A stretch of 63,719 nucleotides of DNA, counting the filler, from Octopus bimaculoides (taxonomy: Eukaryota): the NCBI RefSeq assembly GCF_001194135.2. It is 5 parts of 5 records of this genome, joined end to end, with 100 filler letters (N's around TTAATTAATTAA, not from the genome) between each part and the next. Parts side by side here need not be neighbours in the genome. Positions count along the whole stretch, not along the records: positions 50,542 to 55,802 come from NC_068999.1; positions 55,903 to 63,719 come from NC_068992.1; 3 more parts are not named here. One strand, given 5' to 3'. Positions 51,741 through 63,719 of this stretch are shown here, piece after piece. The notes under the pieces were generated by a model that was not told where the DNA came from, ran no database searches, and saw only the letters and a list, made by a program, of their open reading frames with translations. The position numbers and the translations under genes are program-made. Positions within the stretch are counted from its first letter, which is position 1, and each line of letters opens with the position of its first letter.

Positions 51741-52346
51741 TTGGTGGTTAAAAGATTTTGCCGAAGGGATGTGATGCGACATTCAAAGGCATTTTGGATC
51801 GTATGTATGAATGTATGTATACATTATGCGCATGTGTGTGTGTGTGTGTGCACGTGCGTGTGTGTGTGTGTGTGTGTGTGTTGTGTTGTGTTGTGTGTGT
51901 GTGTGTGTGTTGTGTGTTGTGTGTGTGGGGGGNNNNNNNNNNNNNNNNNNNNNNNNNNNNNNNNNNNNNNNNNNNNNNNNNNNNNNNNNNNNNNNNNNNN
52001 NNNNNNNNNNNNNNNNNNNNNNNNNNNNNNNNNNNNNNNNNNNNNNNNNNNNNNNNNNNNNNNNNNNNNNNNNNNNNNNNNNNNNNNNNNNNNNNNNNNN
52101 NNNNNNNNNNNNNNNNNNNNNNNNNNNNNNNNNNNNNNNNNNNNNNNNNNNNNNNNNNNNNNNNNNNNNNNNNNNNNNNNNNNNNNNNNNNNNNNNNNNN
52201 NNNNNNNNNNNNNNNNNNNNNNNNNNNNNNNNNNNNNNNNNNNNNNNNNNNNNNNNNNNNNNNNNNNNNNNNNNNNNNNNNNNNNNNNNNNNNNNNNNNN
52301 NNNNNNNNNNNNNNNNNNNNNNNNNNNNNNNNNNNNNNNNNNNNNN

Positions 52347-52386
<40 letters not shown>

Positions 52387-52489
52387 TTTCTAACAAAGGT
52401 ACGAAGCTCCATCGTTGGGAAGCAGTTAACAAAAACAATGTCACATTTTGGACTTCGAAAAGTCTCAGATATTTTTTACTTTTCCGCTT

Positions 52490-52700
52490 ACAGATTGTAT
52501 TTCTGATGCACATTTTAGCTGGTTGATTGTTTTTTTTTTTTGAAAACCCCAGCTTATCCAGAATATCACTTAGGTTCACAAGACCAAGTGGACCAATTAT
52601 TATTGATACAAATGTGAATTTACAATCTGGATATAGAAGCTGAAAGCTTCGAAGCAGTTGTCCGTAGTCATCTCCTTTCTCTTTGACTTTAGACTCGTGT
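52490..52700 (-). mobile_element. Diverged RLE LINE C-terminal fragment
   Basis: KEKGDDYGQLLRSFQLLYPDCKFTFVSIIIGPLGLVNLSDILDKLGFSKK. Confidence 0.75.
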
Positions 52701-52889
52701 CTGCATGTATGTATGTATGTATGTATGTATGTATATATGTATGCATGGATGTATGTATGTATGTATGTATATATGTATGTATGCATGTATGTATGTATGT
52801 ATGTATGTGTGTATGTATAGATGTAAATATGTATGTTTGTATGCGTGTATGTAAGTATACATGTATGAATGTATGTGTGTATGTATGTC

Positions 52890-52995
52890 ATTGTACAATT
52901 TTATTTCAAGATTTATTGCCAACAGAGAAAGAGCCGGTTTCTAACCTAGATCCAAGGCTCCTTTATTGGAATTTCAACATCAACAACAGGATATT
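52890..52995 (-). mobile_element. 3' UTR fragment of the (CATA)n-associated RLE LINE
   Basis: gagaaagagccggtttctaacctagatccaaggctcc...aatttcaacatcaacaacag, as at 50600-50670; embedded in (TATG)n. Confidence 0.8.
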
Positions 52996-53474
52996 TTTGT
53001 ATTTATGTATGTATGTATGTATGTATGTACGAAAGGCTTCTAGACAGTTTCCGCCTATCAAACTCTACTAACAAGGTATCTGTCAACTCGTGGCTCTGAA
53101 AGAAGATACTTGCCCACGGTGCCGCAAAGTAGGAACGAAACCGAAACCATAGTTTCGAAGCGAACTTCGTAATCAAATGACCTTGTCTGCAGCCAAAGAG
53201 GTAACCAAAAGTGCGATATGGTGAAGGTCACATATAACTAGACATCTATTCGAGCGTGGTTGACCTTCGGCTAAACAACAGCAACTCTCCACTTCAGTCT
53301 AATACTGAATTACAATTGAGCCAAAGAAGTAGCCCTCTATATGGTCGTTCAACAAGCTAGAAATAAAAGCTAAGTCTTTCATAAAACGTTAGAACATGTG
53401 TTCTAAGGGTCCCTGCACTTATGAGAAAAGACAGGGTGGTCATGGTAGGAAAATCATTATATTATACTATTAAT

Positions 53475-53680
53475 AAAGGCGGCAAGCTGGCAAAATCGTT
53501 AGCACGCCGGGAAAATGCTTAGCGACATTTCGTCCGTCTTTACGTTCTGAATTCAAATTCCAACGAGGTTGACTTTGCTTGGGATCGATAAAATAAGTAA
53601 CAGTTGAGCACTGGAGTCGATGTAATCGACTAACACCCTTCCTTGAAATTGCTGGCCTTGTTCCAAAATTTGAAATCATT
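53475..53680 (+). mobile_element. SINE family B
   Basis: aaggcggcaagctggcaaaatcgttagcacgccggg...gaattcaaattcc. Confidence 0.8.
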
Positions 53681-54199
53681 ATATTATCTTATTTATGTCA
53701 CTTCAAAAGAATGCCAATCGGTCGCTTACTACCAGATGCACAACTTGTAGCACCATTATGCCTTTCGGTTACCCACGACCCCACGAGTCCTGATATACAG
53801 TCAACTGTTAGACTTAAAAGGGAACTAAACTAGTCCATGCAAGCGTAAGAATTTTCCAAGAGAATGCAATGCGCGCTCTTGTGAAACATTGAAAAACTAG
53901 AAATACTGCTACTATCAATACAGCCTTCTGGCTATATAAACAAGCCAGAAAGCTAGTCTATCGGCAGATTATTTTTGCTGATGTAGAGCATCACAAGGCT
54001 TCTCTGATTCTACAGTTTTACATAGCAGATAATTTATTTTATAAATTGTTTACCGTTTTCAAATGTGAATCACTATTTATTTTAGTTTATCAATTAATCT
54101 TTTCATATCTGAAATATTTCTTTACACAAAAAAAAAAATTGTTTTCGTGATTTATAGCGCAATATACTGAATTGATATTAATAGTATAATATAATAATT

Positions 54200-54755
54200 T
54201 TTAATTTTGGCACAAGGCTATAAAGTCCAGGGAAGGGTGTAAGTCGATTACATTGATCCAACCCCAGTGCACAGCTGGTACTTAATTTATCGCCCCTGAA
54301 AGGATAAAAAGCAAAGTCGACCTCGGCGGAATTTGAACTCAGAACATAAAGACGAACGAAATGCCGCTAAGCTTTTTGCCCGGCATGCTAACGATTCTTA
54401 ATTTTTTATTATCCATAAGGACATACATAGAAGGGACAGCACAATGAAATCGAATGATTTTACAAGAAATGCGATTGGGATCTTTTTAAAAATTCTAAAA
54501 AATATATAATACGGATGATGATAGGATACGCCGCTTTTATTAATAGTATAATATAATGATTATTAGACACAAAACCAGATATTTGTGGAGAAGAAATAGT
54601 TGATTATATCAAGCACATTATTTTGTGCTGGTATGTATTTTATCGACCCTGAATGTATGGAAGACAAAGTTGATCACGGCTGGATTTGAATTCTAAACAT
54701 AAAGAACCGGAATGAATACTGAAAAGTATTTTGTCCGGGGCTCTAAAATTCTGCC
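54200..54755 (-). mobile_element. Two degraded SINE family B copies (54200-54400 and 54590-54755)
   Basis: gtcgacctcggcggaatttgaactcagaac...gcatgctaacgattct, plus a more diverged second copy. Confidence 0.7.
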
Positions 54756-54898
54756 AATATTACAGTTTTAACGGCAACATACGCATAAAATATATATAGA
54801 CGCATTTATGTATGCGTGAGACATAATTTAAATCATTCGTTTATGTAAGTCTAATGTGAATACCTAACTCTTCAAGCGCTCCTGATGTGTGCATACAT

Positions 54899-55301
54899 AC
54901 TCTTTACTCTTTTACTTGTTTCAGTCATTTGACTGCGGCCATGCTGGAGCACCGCCTTTAGTCGAGCAAATCGACCCCGGGACTTATTCTTTGTAAGCCT
55001 AGTACTTATTCTATCGGTCTCTTTTGCCGGACCGCTAGGTGACGGGGACATAAACACACCAGCATCGGTTGTCAAGCGATGTTGGAGGTGGACAAACACA
55101 GACACACAAACACACACATACATATACATACATATATACGACGGGCTTCTTTCAGTTACCGTCTACAAATCCACTCACAAGGCTTTGGTCAGCCCGAGGC
55201 TATAGTAGAAGACACTTGCCCAAGGTGCCACGCAGTGGGACTGAACCCGGAACCATGTGGTTGGTAAGCAAGCTACTTACCACACAGCCACTCCTGCGCC
55301 T
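54899..55301 (-). mobile_element. SINE family A, full-length ungapped reference copy (~400 bp)
   Basis: Reverse complement: aggcgcaggagtggctgtgtggtaag (A box), gggttcagtccc (B box), ccttgggcaagtgtcttct, internal TA/TG tract, 3' half, aagagtaaag tail. Confidence 0.92.
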
Positions 55302-55544
55302 ATGTGTATGTATTTTACAAGCATAATGTAGTATGGGCGTTTATCATAAAGTGTAGGAGGGCTTATAAGGAATGGCCCTGTCCTTCATCTTAACCCAGAA
55401 AGTTAGGTAGCTCTCTCGTGCAGAAGTTCCTTCTTATGTTTATAACAAGGTATTTGCAAGCACAAGAGAGCACACTATGATTCGTGAATGGATTGTTTGA
55501 TATTTCTGAAATGTGCAACAAAGCAGCGATATAATTTCGTTGCA

Positions 55545-55790
55545 TACGAGGTCTGATAAAAAAAAAAAAAAGCATCCGGCGAGTTGCTATGGTAACGGAG
55601 CTAAAGTACGCAGAGTGAAGTCGCTTGGCGCAGATTGACTTTGAACTCTGTCGCGCATTGACATTAAGTTATGATGTTCTCGCTCTTTTCTGTTGTTTAT
55701 TGCAGTGCTTGGAAGTAAAGTGTGTAGAGTGTGGTCATCTCACCAAACGGCAGAGGTTCCATCAGTGAGCATGACAGAGAAAATATGTGA
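55545..55790 (+). mobile_element. Probable left end of a mariner element
   Basis: TA|CGAGGTCTGATAAAAA...GCATCCGG is mariner TIR-like. It may be the 5' end of the transposase remnant at 56905-57360; a gap and an insert lie between. Confidence 0.5.
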
Positions 55791-56459
55791 GTGTGTGAGG
55801 GANNNNNNNNNNNNNNNNNNNNNNNNNNNNNNNNNNNNNNNNNNNNTTAATTAATTAANNNNNNNNNNNNNNNNNNNNNNNNNNNNNNNNNNNNNNNNNN
55901 NNATATATATATATATAAAGGGACAACACAAGAATAAGACCTCGATATTAGATGAATAGAGGATTGTTTATATACGGTATAAATTAGAACAGACAGTAAG
56001 CTGTCATTATAGTACTCGGAGTTTCGAATATCGGAGCGAAGAGCTACGATGCATTCTCGTCGGCTATCAATGGCAATTGATGCAATGAGAAACCGTTGAA
56101 TAAAAGGGGAGTTACTCTAATAGGTAGAAAAAGAAAAAAAGATAAAAAATACACGCAACCTTATTCTCACAATACATAGACATAAATCTCCTGCATTCAT
56201 AATGTCTACATACGTACACACACAAACATGTATATGTACATGCACATACACACATATCCACACACACGCTCACACATGTATATATATGTATATGTGTACG
56301 CATATGTGTACACATAGGTGTTTGCATACATACACATAACATAAAACATATATTTAGAAGCTAATACATATAAATATACGTATATATATACTGGCATGCA
56401 TTAATACTCCCGCAAACACGTATATACATATGTGTACACACACACACGAACACGTACAC

Positions 56460-56504
<45 letters not shown>

Positions 56505-56904
56505 TATATACATCCTCCTATCACACACCAACACCCGCACATATACAAACATATGCATATCCGTATAAATGAAGAGGACGTGTGCATGCAAGTTGCACTT
56601 ATGCACCGGACACAGTCTTACACTCATGCACATATACTTTTACTCACACACGTACACATTCACACAATTAAAAATGAAACAAAAAAAAGAAAAAATGAAA
56701 AAATATATGTAGAAAATAGAAAATTAAAAGAAGTTAAGACATATGGGAAGCTTGTGTATGAACATAGTAAAAATATGTAAAGATGGTCCATCTGCAAAAG
56801 TTTCTTGGACCCCGCTATATGTCTAAATTCAAGAACTGAACTTTCTGGATCATGTGACAAATAACCTCTTACGGTTTTGGGCCCCACCATGATCACGGAA
56901 GAAC

Positions 56905-57360
56905 ATCCCTGGAAGACGATGAATGATTGTGAAGACCTGAGCGCCACCACGGAAATGTGGAGAAGATTTATCAGCTTGTGCATGAGGATCGTCGGAAGAC
57001 AATCAACGACGTTTTGAAGCGCTTGAAAGAGGGTATCCAGCGAAAGCGACCGGATCTGAGGAGCGCGAGCAATTGGATTCTTCACGACGACAATGCCCCT
57101 TGTCACCAAGCTCTCCTCACTCATGAGTTTCTCACCACAAACAACATGGTATCGCTTTTGCACTCGCCTTATTCACCAGATTTAGCACCTGCGGACTTCT
57201 GTCTCTTCCCCAAGATGAAAAAGGAGCTCAAAGGTCGCCGTTTTAACACCGTTGTCGAGATTCAGAGCAAATCACAGAAGGTCCTCGACTTGCTTACGGA
57301 AAAGCAACTTCCAGTCCAAATTCAAAATAGAACGCTGCACAAGGTGACTATTGTTTGAAA
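56905..57360 (+). mobile_element. Internally deleted mariner (DD34D) transposase remnant
   Basis: EKIYQLVHEDRRKTI is fused directly to VLKRLKEGIQRKRPD...HDDNAPCH...HSPYSPDLAPADFCLFPKMK. There are 34 residues between the second and third catalytic Asp; the first Asp region is deleted. Confidence 0.9.
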
Positions 57361-60300
57361 TTATGGTGTAACTGAGTATTCTAAAAGCAATCCCCATGTA
57401 GAACCAATGTGGTAAAATGTGAAATTATTGGAACCATGAATCACAAAACATTCTATCCGACGTGTTTCTATACGACTTCAGTCCACACGAAGTGAATAGA
57501 ACCTTAGTTGCGATGGAATAAATCCCTAGAGTCGAAAGGTTGAATAATTTTCATTACATGTATTCAGGACATTTTTCTCCCTTCTGTATATACAAACGTG
57601 TATGTGTGTGTTTGTATCATATAAACCGGAGACATATACACACGACTCGATAATAGAAACACGATCTCAACCGTTTTGCGGCCGTACACACGTTCATGAA
57701 TACATAGACATATGCATACTCGTTCACACATATAAACGAAAATAACATGAGATATATTTCAATAAATTATCGTAACATTTCAAATAGAATAACATTATCT
57801 ATATACATAACTATGTATATCTGTATGTATGTGATTGTTTGCGCCTGTATGTAGTTTTATGCTTCTACATGTTCAGAAACGTGTTAAATTTTGATGGGTC
57901 TGATGCAGTAAAGTCCTTGACACAACATACTTCAGCCTGAATTAAATTAAGAATATGTGCGCGTGTACATTGAAGAACGTGTTGTAAAGGACATTATTAA
58001 ATGCTAATATTCAAAGTACTTCTCGAAATCAGCAATAACCATCTGCTGATACAGATTACATTAAATTTATAGCTCATATTTAGATTCTTTTCAGCGTAGT
58101 AATTTTTATAGTACTATCTTATGAAACCCTATTGCAAATACCATACTACCAGTAAATATCATATTTCCTTATGTATATGCAAACGAATGTTTATGAATCT
58201 GTATGCGTGTGTATATGTGTTATTTGGATTTAGTTTTTGTGTGTGAATGTGCATGTTATAGGTGCTTTGTATACGTTGCAAGGTTTATGTGTTTAAATGT
58301 TATATATATATAAAGGTACGAAAACATAAACATTTAAAGACATAAACATTGCAATGCGTGCAAATCACCTATAACATGCACATTCGCACACAAAAATTAA
58401 ATCCAAATAACACATATACACACGCGTACAGATTCATAAACATTCGTATATATATATATATATATATCACAGGACTGAGTGTGTGCGCTGGCGATTGAAT
58501 ATATGCGGTTGTGTGATTATAGTGGCTGTGAGTGTGTGTGCGTTTGTGATTTTGAATGTGTGAGAATGTGCGTGTGTTGTGCGTGTGAAAGGGAATGTAG
58601 AGTGGGGTAGGAATATTTTAAAACAGTTATTTAAGGATTTAGACATGTAACAGCCACGTGTAAATCACCTATGCGTCTCTCCCTGAATATCACTTGCAAC
58701 AATCGATAACTTTTTTGAAGACCGAATAGTTTGCAATTTGGGTGAATCAGTACCTGACGTTATGAATTTATGCAGCGTACCAATCATTTGAAGTATCATA
58801 TAATAAAGAATTTGGACTTCAAGTAAATGATGTGCATTGGCAAATGTATTTATGTAAATTTTTATCTGGTTTATATAAGTGATGGTCTGAAACGCAGGTT
58901 TGTGTAATTATCAATGTATTCTTCTACCAACTTAATCGAAAGAGCTCTCTTTTGAATTGTATGCAGGAAATAAAAGGAATGTGTATGTGCTTTGAATGCA
59001 TATATATTTTCATCATTGTTGTTATCTTTAATGAATATTGTTTTAATTTCCTACATACGTTTGAATCGTAATATTGCAACGTATTAGTAGCAATCCGAAG
59101 TTCAAAAGCAAAAACTGAACGGCAACACAAATGTTAGAGATTATTACTTGATATGGGCATGACTTCTAAAGAAATTTTTGATTAATATTTATGGGGAAAA
59201 ACTGTACCAGCTGTTCAAGAGTAAGCCAAAAATTAATCGATTTGATCTAAATCTCACTGTTCACCGTGATCCATCTCCACTCTCAAAAAACGAGTTCACG
59301 CTTGAAAGTGAACTGAATCCTTGAAACCAAACCCTAAAAAAGAACACATAAAGGCACTCAGGATGGACCTTATTAATGTCAAACGAAGAAATGCAGAAAA
59401 CATTGAAAAATGTACGAAAAGGGCATATTCCATTTCCCAAAACGTCCAAGCAATAGTGACCAGCAGCTTTTTCAGATAAAACCACAATGATGAAATTTCT
59501 TTTAGTCTGTGTAGAGAGTGAAGGAACAAACTATTTTAAAATCATGAAATGTATATAGTCCGAACAAAAGAAGGAAAAAATTATACGACAGTTGGCTGTC
59601 TGATACGTTGATGTCGTGGTGTTTGATTCTATCTGCCACAGCGTAACTTAAATTATATTTCATAAGGAAGGATTGAACAAAGAATTCTTTCAAACAAATA
59701 TAAGAGCCATTTATACATAATAAACAAATTGTTGCAGATGAAGCTAATTAGACTAACATTTTGTCATTTGTTTAACATTCCATCTGGAGACGAAAGAGAA
59801 TTATCATTTCAATGGTAGCATTGATCCGATTCACAGTGGTAAAATCCTGAGTTGGTTGAACTTTTATCTCGTTAGAATTTCGTATTTATATCACGTTAAG
59901 AAGGTCAAATGATGACCAGAGAAAAAAGAGAAAAAGTTGCAAATACATTGTATGTTAGTTGACTCACGAAATAAATTCGTTTTTACTATGCTTCAATCTC
60001 TTGTTGAAGCAAATTTTTTAAAAGATCTATTCGTGAATAGTTGCTACAACTCATTATTCGACACATATCAAACAGATAACATTTACTATATGGTACCTTC
60101 AGAGTATGCATTGCGAATTTAAGATTTAATAGAGATTTATGCTTTCGAATCAGGTTCTTAGATTGCAAACTTGTGTTGAAATATCGCAAGAATTTAGATG
60201 TCAATGATAAGATAATAGTGCAAAAATCGCAGATAAGTACAAGGCAATACAAATGATATGAGTTAATGAAATTCTCTTGAATGCAGGAGTAGCTTTCCAC

Positions 60301-61325
60301 CAGTTTTCCTAAACATATAGGCCGACGACGAAGTAAAGGAAATTGGTAGCTCAAGTTTCTAGTAGTAGCTGCCAAATATTACTCAAATTAAACCGTACAG
60401 TCCTGAGAAGGAAAAACAAACTCAATAATATATTTCTAAATATGCAATGGTCTGGAGAAAGCCTTATTAGTTATTGGAGAAATGTCTTTCATAATTACCT
60501 GGGTGCTAAACAAGAATGGAAGTGTTAATTATACTGTTTCTCAGCATGAATATATCTATTGAAACGCTACGACGATCAAACCTGTATAGAGTCAGTGACG
60601 AGATACGACCTGCCAAACTTTTGGCTGACAATTCAATCCCCTTCGGGTCCAATAAAATTAAGTTTACATTCTGAAAATTTGGCAATCATTTGCAATCAAT
60701 CAATAGTTTCTGTCTGTTCAGTTGGTTTGCACACTAAGGTCACATGCCTACTGGAATCTACCGGATTCTTGTTATTTTATCTTCTTGAAGTCATCATTGG
60801 AAAAATATTAAAACACAAATTACGGACTCACAGACTGTATATATGAAACATTTGTTAGTAATTTACCGTCAGCAGCCTGGGCACTATGAAACTAACGAGT
60901 GTTTTATTACTTTGGTGTCTTATTTCAAGTCTTAAACTGAGGCGTTAGATGCATCGATTCAAGTTTTAACGAAGGCATTAGATGCATCAGCTATAAGAAT
61001 AAAGGTGTTCTGTAAGCTATATGCATGATGCGAGCCAAATATTTAAACGTTCCGGTATGTCTTTTAAATGAATATATTGTTTTCTGATACAGGTACAGTT
61101 TTCAAGAGGAAGAGTTGGTCGATAGCACAAGCCCTAGTATTTGACTTGTCCTTTATGTTATCAGCCCTGCAGGGATGAAGGGCAACGTTGGCATCTGCAA
61201 GATTTGAAATCATAACGTAAAAAGCCGTAGCAAATGTTGCAAAGCATTTTACACGCTCTAACAATTCTTCCCACACGCCAACTTAATTGAATGAGGATAG
61301 CCCTCAGTAATTCAATTATATAACT

Positions 61326-61827
61326 TTCTTTTATTCCTTTATTCTTTTACTTGTTTCAGTTATTTGACTGCGACCATGCTAGAGCACCGTCTTTAGTCGA
61401 ACAAATCGACCCTAGGTCTCAATTTTTGTAAGCCTAGTACTTATTTTATCGGTTCTTTTGCTGAACCGCTAAGTTACGAAGACGTACACACCAACATCGG
61501 TTGTCAAGCGATGGTGGGGGACAAATACAGACACAAACACACAAATANNNNNNNNNNNNNNNNNNNNNNNNNNNNNNNNNNNNNNNNNNNNNNNNNNNNN
61601 NNNNNNNNNNNNNNNNNNNNNNNNNNNNNNNNNNNNNNNNNNTATATATATATATATATATGTATACGACGGTATTCTTTCAATTTCCGTCTACCAAATC
61701 CACTCACAAGGCTTTAATCGGGCAGAGGCTATAGTAGAAGACACTTGCCCATGGTGCTACGCAGTGGGGCTGAACTCGGAACCATGTGGTTGGGAAGCAA
61801 GCTTCTTACACAGCCATGCCTGCATCT
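61326..61827 (-). mobile_element. SINE family A, full length (gap in the internal microsatellite)
   Basis: Both halves are collinear with 54899-55301. Confidence 0.88.
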
Positions 61828-62249
61828 ATGGTGAATGTTTTTCTCAATATTCTCCCTAGCAATTGATTAACTATACATTGGGCTATCCATCAATGTAGTT
61901 ATCTGACAATTAATCACACGATCTTCTAACAAAATTTCCTTTTGTAATCAATAGGTTTCAGAGCTATCTCACTCGTCATACCGATACAATAATTACCATA
62001 TCAGTTATAGGATTCCAGTTTTAATTAGCAGGCTATTACACTAGTTGTAGCTATTAATAAGATGGATACAAATGTAGTTAGACTGATATGATATGAATTG
62101 TATCATTATAACTAATGGCGAGTCAACGTCAAAAAACACAGAATTCTTTATTGTGACTCACCCTTGTTGAATGCACAAAATATTATTAGGGCTCACAACA
62201 TTGACTCTCAGGGGAAAACTGTTGCCTTGTGATACAATATCGATTAGGT

Positions 62250-62460
62250 CCAAGCATTTAGGGAGCTCCTATGTGTTCAAACGATCGTCTAGAATCAAAT
62301 CAATTAAATTACATACTACCATCTTAAAAAGGGAAGGTGATTTTGGAAAAAATAATTCCAGACACACTATGCCTGAACACAATAGAACAGCCACGGCTGA
62401 AATGCCTTTAATTATAGTTTTGCTGAGCAAGACCTGATCTAGAGGTAAATAATAATAATA
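62250..62460 (+). repeat. Dispersed repeat family E (short A-rich/AAC tail)
   Basis: taccatcttaaaaagggaagg...acggctgaaatgccttt...gacctga. Related pieces at 40660-40760, 41730-41810 and 53330-53470. Confidence 0.55.
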
Positions 62461-63499
62461 TCCATTCTGAGGGAACGGTAGTAGTTTTGTGATACATCAG
62501 TTACGATGACATAACACTATTCATTCATTCCAAAGTCATCGAAAGATCTACGGTTTAAAAAGTCTAATTTCCTGCAGTTGGCTGTCTGATACGTTGATGT
62601 TGGAAGGCCGAAATTATTCCGTGTACAGTTTCAACATAATGTCTCTCTATTCAGCGAATCATTATCATCTTCGTTATAGAGAAAGCAATGTACATGAGAA
62701 AATTCTCCAAGGAAATAAAATTGTACTACAGCGAAGGGGGAAATATTAACAAAGTCACATTTTCGAGGTTCACTAAAAGGCACAGAATCTTTCCTCGAGA
62801 CTGGTATGAAGGAAAACCATTTTTCACTTTGCTATAAATGCGACCTTCAGGTCGCATAATGTAACAGAACTTCGCTCTTCATGCTGTATCGAAACGAATG
62901 ATACCAACAGATGCTCTACAGAAACTTCTGATGCTTTAGAAAGTGATTCAATCGAATATAACTTTTCTTTGGAATTAATTGCTTTATATCAATGTAAAAT
63001 TCATTACTTGTGATCAGTTGAGCTGAATTTGCGATCTTGTGTCGATAGCCAGCTGGTATTAATCTTCAACTAGATGTTTTAAGTGTGATAAAACATTAAC
63101 CGGAACGAAGCATTTATGGGCTACTGCCAAGTGATGAACAACGCTTTTGTGGTGAGAATTTATAAGCATCCTTCTTGCCTGCAGTCAGATTTGTTGAAGG
63201 TGTTGTGTATCACCCACTTGAATGTATACAAACAGAATAGTTTCATATGAAAATTTTATAATAGATGGTAGGAGGAATGGAAAATACTGTTTCATTAAAA
63301 GTGCAGATATGAGATTTCACTTGCAGGAAGAGTGAAAAGTGTATTCTTTATTTTGAGTATTACTGTATTTAAAAAAGACGAAAAACACTTCACTTTAGCA
63401 ATAAAATTTATTTAGTTTCTGTTTCATTATTTAGAGAGGCCGGACGTTTATGAAAAATTCACAAAATCATTCATTTTAGTTGCGAGCAAATTTTATTGA

Positions 63500-63719
63500 C
63501 ATCAATGTATTCGTATTGAATTAGCATTTGTCAAAATCAAGTCCGTTTTCATTGACGCATTTCTGAAAGCGTTCTTGGAACTTGGCTTCCACTCTCTCCA
63601 GCATTGCTCTGTCGATTTGGGCGACTTCCACTCGAATAGCTTCCTTCAAATCGTCCAATATACGGGTCTTGTGCGCACACATACAATATTGAGGCACAAT
63701 AAATAGTCACACATGGACA
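63500..63719 (-). mobile_element. Tc1/mariner (maT/DD37D-like) transposase C-terminus, continues beyond the window
   Basis: SMCDYLL, then after a frameshift CAHKTRILDDLKEAIRVEVAQIDRAMLERVEAKFQERFQKCVNENG. Confidence 0.75.

Noticed and set aside
54899-55301. tRNA genes suggested by A/B-box motifs
   Set aside because: No cloverleaf; the boxes belong to multi-copy SINE heads.
59261-59529. Overlapping minus-strand ORFs of 74-77 aa
   Set aside because: No recognisable motif and no phase-linked partner exons; short AT-rich ORFs like these are expected by chance.
871-63719. Most ORFs in the supplied track (HT/CV/YI/MYV repeats and long X runs)
   Set aside because: They are translations of microsatellites or N gaps that simply lack stop codons.

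Overview
AT-rich, microsatellite-dense and heavily gapped eukaryotic DNA. The SINE families and repeat landscape look like an octopus/cephalopod genome (recognised from memory, not searched). Almost every ORF in the supplied track is a microsatellite or N-run artefact. The supportable content is: (i) four phase-compatible + strand exons (16837-16964, 20298-20512, 30895-31016, 36132-36306) that splice into about 213 aa of an unrecognised, low-complexity protein; (ii) three Penelope-like retroelements: a near-complete Neptune-like copy with a degenerate minimal hammerhead ribozyme, a Naiad-type copy with TGA/TGG at zinc-finger Cys positions, and a head-to-head pair inside a ~2 kb palindrome; (iii) several R4/Dong-like restriction-endonuclease LINE copies, each family associated with a different microsatellite; (iv) Tc1/mariner remnants (DD36E-spaced, DD34D, maT-like) and two MITEs; (v) many tRNA-derived SINEs, a SINE trimer, and a 6 x ~140 bp tandem array derived from a dispersed repeat. 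No CRISPR, rRNA or true tRNA genes were found. Repeat boundaries are read by eye and are approximate to tens of bases.
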